From: an uncultured Solirubrobacterales bacterium
Lineage (GTDB): Bacteria; Actinomycetota; Thermoleophilia; Solirubrobacterales; Solirubrobacteraceae
NCBI GenBank assembly: GCA_963731565.1
Contig: CAVSWG010000001.1
Coordinates: 1,687,412 to 1,751,411, forward strand
Length of the DNA: 64,000 nucleotides
Direction of reading: 5' to 3'
Position 1 is the first letter of the stretch. Each line of letters opens with the position of its first letter. Positions 60,598 through 64,000 of this stretch are shown here, one piece after another. A model generated the notes under the pieces. It made no database searches. It had not been told where the DNA came from and worked only from the letters and a program-made list of their open reading frames with translations. A program made the position numbers and the translations under genes.

Positions 60598-61536
60598 CTA
60601 TCCGGCCTCTGCGACGAGTGAGCGCCATGCGCTTGCCACGCGCTCGGCCATGCGCTTCGCCGAGAAAGCTTCCGCGCGTGCGCGGCCCTCTATGCGCGGG
60701 TCCTGTTCGGACACGATCGGTGCCAGCGCTGCCCGCCAGCGCTCCAGCTCGAACGGCGCGCACAGCGTCCCCGGGAGATCTTCGAGCGCCTGTGTGTGGA
60801 CTCCTACAGGGGTCGCGAGGACTGGCACGTCGCAGGCCAACGCCTCGAGCGCCGCCAGGCCGAATCCCTCACGCTCGGAGGGCACCACCACAGCGTGTGC
60901 GGCGTTTACATACAGCGGCACCAGCTCAGGGTCCACGCCGCCGAGCGTGAGCAGTCGCGCCCCCACTGCCTGCGCGAGCGCCTGTGCCCGGTCGAAGCGC
61001 TTCTCGGGACGAGCCGGGTCGGCGGGGAACAGGATGTATGGGTGTTGTGGGTGCAAATCAAGGGTGCCCCACGCGCGCGCGCGTGGCATCGCTTTGAAAC
61101 GCTCCACGTCCACTCCGCAGGGGAGCACCTGGGCTCGCTCGCGCGCGCGGCGGCCGGGTATCTCCTGGACGAGCGCCTCCGATACCGCAGCGAGCAGCCC
61201 CACCGTGGGAAGCGCTACGCGTGTGGCAAGGCGGGTCCGTGGATGGCGCACGTCGGTGCCATGTACGGTGAGCGCACGTCCGCGGGCTCTAACGGCCAGA
61301 GCGGACCATGCGGTCAGGCCGAAATGGGCGTGCACGACGTCAAAGCGCTCGCCCGCGTAACGCTTGCGCAGATCTCTCGCAGCGCCGGCCAATGCCCGTG
61401 CACCGGGCGAGAACTCGTACAGCTCGACACTCCAATCCTCGAGCTCGCACAAGGCGTCGACCTGGTCGCGCACGAAGCTGCCACGCTCGGGATGGACCGC
61501 GTCGGCGAGCATGTTGGACAGCACAAGCGCGCGCAC
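60598..61536 (-). CDS. glycosyltransferase family 4 (GT-B)
   Basis: 312 aa. Has a GT4 pattern (VVVPSEREGFGLAALEALACDVPVLATPVG). Confidence 0.85.
   Translation of the reverse strand: MRALVLSNMLADAVHPERGSFVRDQVDALCELEDWSVELYEFSPGARALAGAARDLRKRYAGERFDVVHAHFGLTAWSALAVRARGRALTVHGTDVRHPRTRLATRVALPTVGLLAAVSEALVQEIPGRRARERAQVLPCGVDVERFKAMPRARAWGTLDLHPQHPYILFPADPARPEKRFDRAQALAQAVGARLLTLGGVDPELVPLYVNAAHAVVVPSEREGFGLAALEALACDVPVLATPVGVHTQALEDLPGTLCAPFELERWRAALAPIVSEQDPRIEGRARAEAFSAKRMAERVASAWRSLVAEAG
61062..61088. repeat. (CG)n-core palindromic element copy inside the GT4 CDS
   Basis: gggtgccccacgcgcgcgcgcgtggca contains the perfect 18-bp palindrome ccacgcgcgcgcgcgtgg (61069-61086). It encodes MPRARAWGT on the minus strand. 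Confidence 0.65.
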
Positions 61537-61595
61537 GAGCGCTGACGGTAGCGCTATGGCGCCCTACGCAGCGGGTGGTCGCCAGCGACTCTGGA

Positions 61596-62468
61596 ATGAT
61601 GGCCTGCGTGACGATCCCCCCGTTCAACGATCCGCGCGCTCGTCCGATCGGCGTATTCGACTCGGGCGTGGGCGGGCTCACGGTGTTGCACGAGCTGCTG
61701 GTACGGCTCCCCTGCGAGGACTTCCTCTATCTGGGCGACACGGCGCGCTTCCCTTATGGCGAGCGTACTCCCGAGGAGCTTGCGCGCTTCGCCTCGGAGA
61801 TCGCCGAGGAGCTTTTGCGCCGCCGCGCGAAGCTGCTTGTGATTGCCTGCAACTCAGCCACCGCTGCCGCGCTGCCCATCCTCGAGCGGCGCATGATGGA
61901 GACAACGCTTGGGGTGGACGTGCTCGGTGTTGTGCGCCCCGAGGCCCTGCGGGCGGTTGCCGCAACGCATAACGGGCGCATCGGGTTGCTCGCCACCCCC
62001 ACCACGGTCGCAAGCGGCAGCTATGAGCGTGCCGTCGGGGCGGTCGATCCGCACGTTACCCTGCACCCGGTGGCATGCCCAACGCTCGCATCGGTCATCC
62101 AGGAGGGCCGCCAGTTCGACGAGCAAGCAGTCGAGACCGTGCGCGAAGCTTGCGCACCGTTGCGCGAGGCCGACGTGGACACCGTGATCCTGGGCTGCAC
62201 TCACTATCCGTTGATCTCTCCGATGCTGCAGCGCATGCTCGGCCCGGGTGTCACGCTCGTGAGCTCCGGCGGCGCGCTCGCGCGCCAGGTCGAGCACGCG
62301 CTCTCCACGCGTGGCCTACAAAACCCGCGCACCGAGGGTGAGGGGGACTATCGCTTCCTGTGTACGGGCGACGTCGACGCCTTCCGGGAGCCAGGCACTC
62401 GTTTCCTACAGATGCCGCTCGGCGAGGTCGAGCACATCGAGCTACACGGCGTGGGGGCACTGGCGTGA
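61596..62468 (+). CDS. murI: glutamate racemase
   Basis: Has IGVFDSGVGGLTVL, IACNSATAAAL and GCTHYP. Start set at the ATG at 61596. Confidence 0.92.
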   Translation: MMACVTIPPFNDPRARPIGVFDSGVGGLTVLHELLVRLPCEDFLYLGDTARFPYGERTPEELARFASEIAEELLRRRAKLLVIACNSATAAALPILERRMMETTLGVDVLGVVRPEALRAVAATHNGRIGLLATPTTVASGSYERAVGAVDPHVTLHPVACPTLASVIQEGRQFDEQAVETVREACAPLREADVDTVILGCTHYPLISPMLQRMLGPGVTLVSSGGALARQVEHALSTRGLQNPRTEGEGDYRFLCTGDVDAFREPGTRFLQMPLGEVEHIELHGVGALA

Positions 62469-63199
62469 GTCCACGGAAACGCAGTTATGAACGTGGCGCC
62501 GGCGAGCTGCGGCCCGTGGAGATCGAGCCGGGCTTCGTGCGTACCGCTACCGGCTCCGCCTTGATCTCGATGGGTGAGACGCGCGTCATCTGCACGGCTT
62601 CCGCCCAGGAGGGCGTACCGCGCTGGATGACCGGCAAGGGTCGTGGCTGGCTCACAGCCGAGTACGGCATGCTGCCCGCCTCGACTGGGGACCGCAAGGC
62701 GCGCGACATCTCCAAGGGACGCTTGGACGGACGCTCGGTCGAGATCCAGCGCCTGATCGGCCGTTCGCTGCGGGTGACGATCGACCTGAGCGCGTTGGGC
62801 GAACGCACCATCTATCTCGATTGCGACGTGCTCCAGGCCGATGGTGGCACTCGCTGCGCGTCGATCACTGGAGCCTACGTCGCGCTTGCGCTCGCATGCG
62901 CGCGATTGCGAGGCGAAGAGAAGCTCGAGCACTCGCCGCTTACAGGCTCGATCGCAGCTGTCTCTTGCGGGATCGTCGGGGAAGCCGCATTGCTCGACCT
63001 CGACTATGGCGAGGACTCCAATGCAGAGGTCGATGCCAACGTGGTGATGACAGGTGAGGGAGGCCTCGTGGAGGTGCAGGCCACAGCCGAGCGCACCCCG
63101 CTCTCGCGCGCCTCGCTCGACGAGCTGCTTGCGCTTGCCGCCGCCGGCATAGATGAGTTGCGCGCCGCCCAAGAGCGAGTGCTCGCCGACGTTTCGTGA
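62465..63199 (+). CDS. rph: ribonuclease PH
   Basis: The GTG at 62465 overlaps the murI stop (GTGA). Has LRPVEIEPGF...GSALISMGETRVICTAS and DCDVLQADGGTR. Confidence 0.92.
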   Translation: MSPRKRSYERGAGELRPVEIEPGFVRTATGSALISMGETRVICTASAQEGVPRWMTGKGRGWLTAEYGMLPASTGDRKARDISKGRLDGRSVEIQRLIGRSLRVTIDLSALGERTIYLDCDVLQADGGTRCASITGAYVALALACARLRGEEKLEHSPLTGSIAAVSCGIVGEAALLDLDYGEDSNAEVDANVVMTGEGGLVEVQATAERTPLSRASLDELLALAAAGIDELRAAQERVLADVS

Positions 63200-63780
63200 G
63201 ACGCCTGCTGCTCGCGACACGAAATGAGCACAAGCGGCGCGAGTTCGCGCGCTTGCTCACGGAATTCGAGGTGGATGGGTTGCCAGAGGAGGTTGTCCTG
63301 CCGCCCGAGGACGGCGATACGTTCGAGGCCAACGCGCTCGGCAAGGCTCGCGCCGCCGCGGCTGCGACCGGTAGGGCCAGCATTGCCGACGACTCGGGCA
63401 TCGAAGCTGCCGCACTGGGCGGCGCGCCGGGGGTTCGCTCGGCGCGCTACGCAGGTGAGGACTCAAGCGACGAGCAGAACCTGGCCAAGCTGCTGGCCGA
63501 GGCGCCCCCTGGAAGCGCGTTGGCGTACGTGTGCGCGCTCGCCTACGTGGATCCTGCGGCGGGGGTCGAGCGAGTCTTTGAAGGTCGCTGCACCGGTCGT
63601 GTGGCCGAGCGCCCACGTGGAGATCGGGGCTTTGGCTACGATCCGGCCTTCCTTCCCGACGAGGAGCCGGGCGATAGCACTATGGCGGAGCTCTCAGACG
63701 AGCGTAAGGACGAGATCAGCCATCGTGGCCATGCGGTGCGGGCGTTGCACGGATGGCTCACAGCCAACCGACTTAGGTAG
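63196..63780 (+). CDS. rdgB: non-canonical purine NTP pyrophosphatase (RdgB/HAM1)
   Basis: 194 aa. Has LLLATRNEHKRREF, FGYDPAF and ISHRG. Overlaps the rph stop. Confidence 0.9.
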   Translation: MRRLLLATRNEHKRREFARLLTEFEVDGLPEEVVLPPEDGDTFEANALGKARAAAAATGRASIADDSGIEAAALGGAPGVRSARYAGEDSSDEQNLAKLLAEAPPGSALAYVCALAYVDPAAGVERVFEGRCTGRVAERPRGDRGFGYDPAFLPDEEPGDSTMAELSDERKDEISHRGHAVRALHGWLTANRLR

Positions 63781-63805
63781 CAAGCGGTCTGCCGGCCGGC
63801 TTCCT

Positions 63806-63949
63806 CTACAGAAGGTTGATCGCGGCCGACCCCGCCACTGCCACGCTCAAGGCGGCATAGCCCGTGTAGCCGGACAGCAGCAGCAACACCGCCGTGACCA
63901 AGGCCACGAGCACTGTCGCGATCCAGCTGAAGCGGGTTAGCGGCGTCAC
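63806..63949 (-). CDS. possible small hydrophobic protein (47 aa, GTG start)
   Basis: Not in the supplied track. My own translation gives VTPLTRFSWIATVLVALVTAVLLLLSGYTGYAALSVAVAGSAAINLL* with G/C-rich third positions. Weak evidence. Confidence 0.25.
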   Translation of the reverse strand: MTPLTRFSWIATVLVALVTAVLLLLSGYTGYAALSVAVAGSAAINLL

Positions 63950-64000
63950 GCAAGCGTATTCTTCTTGACCGTGGCCTCACCTGCATCTCCGCCTGTCCCC

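Noticed and set aside
63636-63986. Track ORF on the minus strand at the window end (116 aa, Arg-rich).
   Set aside because: Its composition looks non-coding and most of it overlaps rdgB antisense. A different frame gives a short hydrophobic ORF (63806-63949), which I listed with low confidence instead.
1-64000. Prophage, integrative element, defence island or secondary-metabolite cluster.
   Set aside because: I recognised no integrase, recombinase, transposase, phage structural genes, restriction-modification genes, cas genes, reverse transcriptase, or PKS/NRPS genes. Apart from vapBC, the window reads as core chromosome.

Overview
High-GC (about two-thirds G+C by eye) bacterial chromosomal window with about 60 protein-coding genes on both strands. 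I found no rRNA, tRNA, transposase, integrase or CRISPR array.

Gene content, in order:
- hom (3' end)-thrC-thrB
- a zinc-ribbon/FHA protein followed by an orphan ParA-like ATPase
- a class B PBP divergent from a MarP-type CvpA/serine protease
- a GntR regulator divergent from an orphan yrbEA/yrbEB (MlaE) permease pair
- topoisomerase III
- addB (apparently split by a frameshift) and addA
- a SigB/F/G-type sigma factor followed by ku, facing an RsbW-like anti-sigma kinase and a degenerate paralogue
- gltBD, vapBC, a flavin monooxygenase, two hypotheticals, a DUF59/SufT-like gene, WS/DGAT, ispH, a metallophosphoesterase
- a suf operon in the order rrf2-sufC-D-S-U-B
- the sulfur-carrier cysteine pathway: rhodanese-ThiF E1, a CysO that ends in GGC, cysM and the JAMM protease mec
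- DUF2007 and DUF1802 genes, a HIBADH-like dehydrogenase, hyuA/hyuB, nadB, two zinc-ribbon proteins, a GT4 glycosyltransferase, murI-rph-rdgB

The repertoire (MarP, CysO/CysM/Mec, YrbE, WS/DGAT, Ku) suggests Actinomycetota, possibly a deep-branching lineage. That is inference only.

I see no clear novel multi-gene system. The most unusual signals are at the DNA level:
1. A dispersed family of (CG)n-core palindromic elements. It occurs in intergenic junctions and also in frame inside at least three genes.
2. Four back-to-back perfect palindromes, each centred on CATG, filling a convergent gene junction.
3. A 25-bp tandem repeat that reiterates the start codon and first seven codons of a dehydrogenase gene.
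4. A roughly 20-bp periodic TGAGCTCA array that supplies both stop codons of a convergent gene pair.
5. A 15-bp in-frame tandem repeat in addA.

The many Arg/Pro/Ala-rich overlapping ORFs in the six-frame track are treated as high-GC shadow ORFs.
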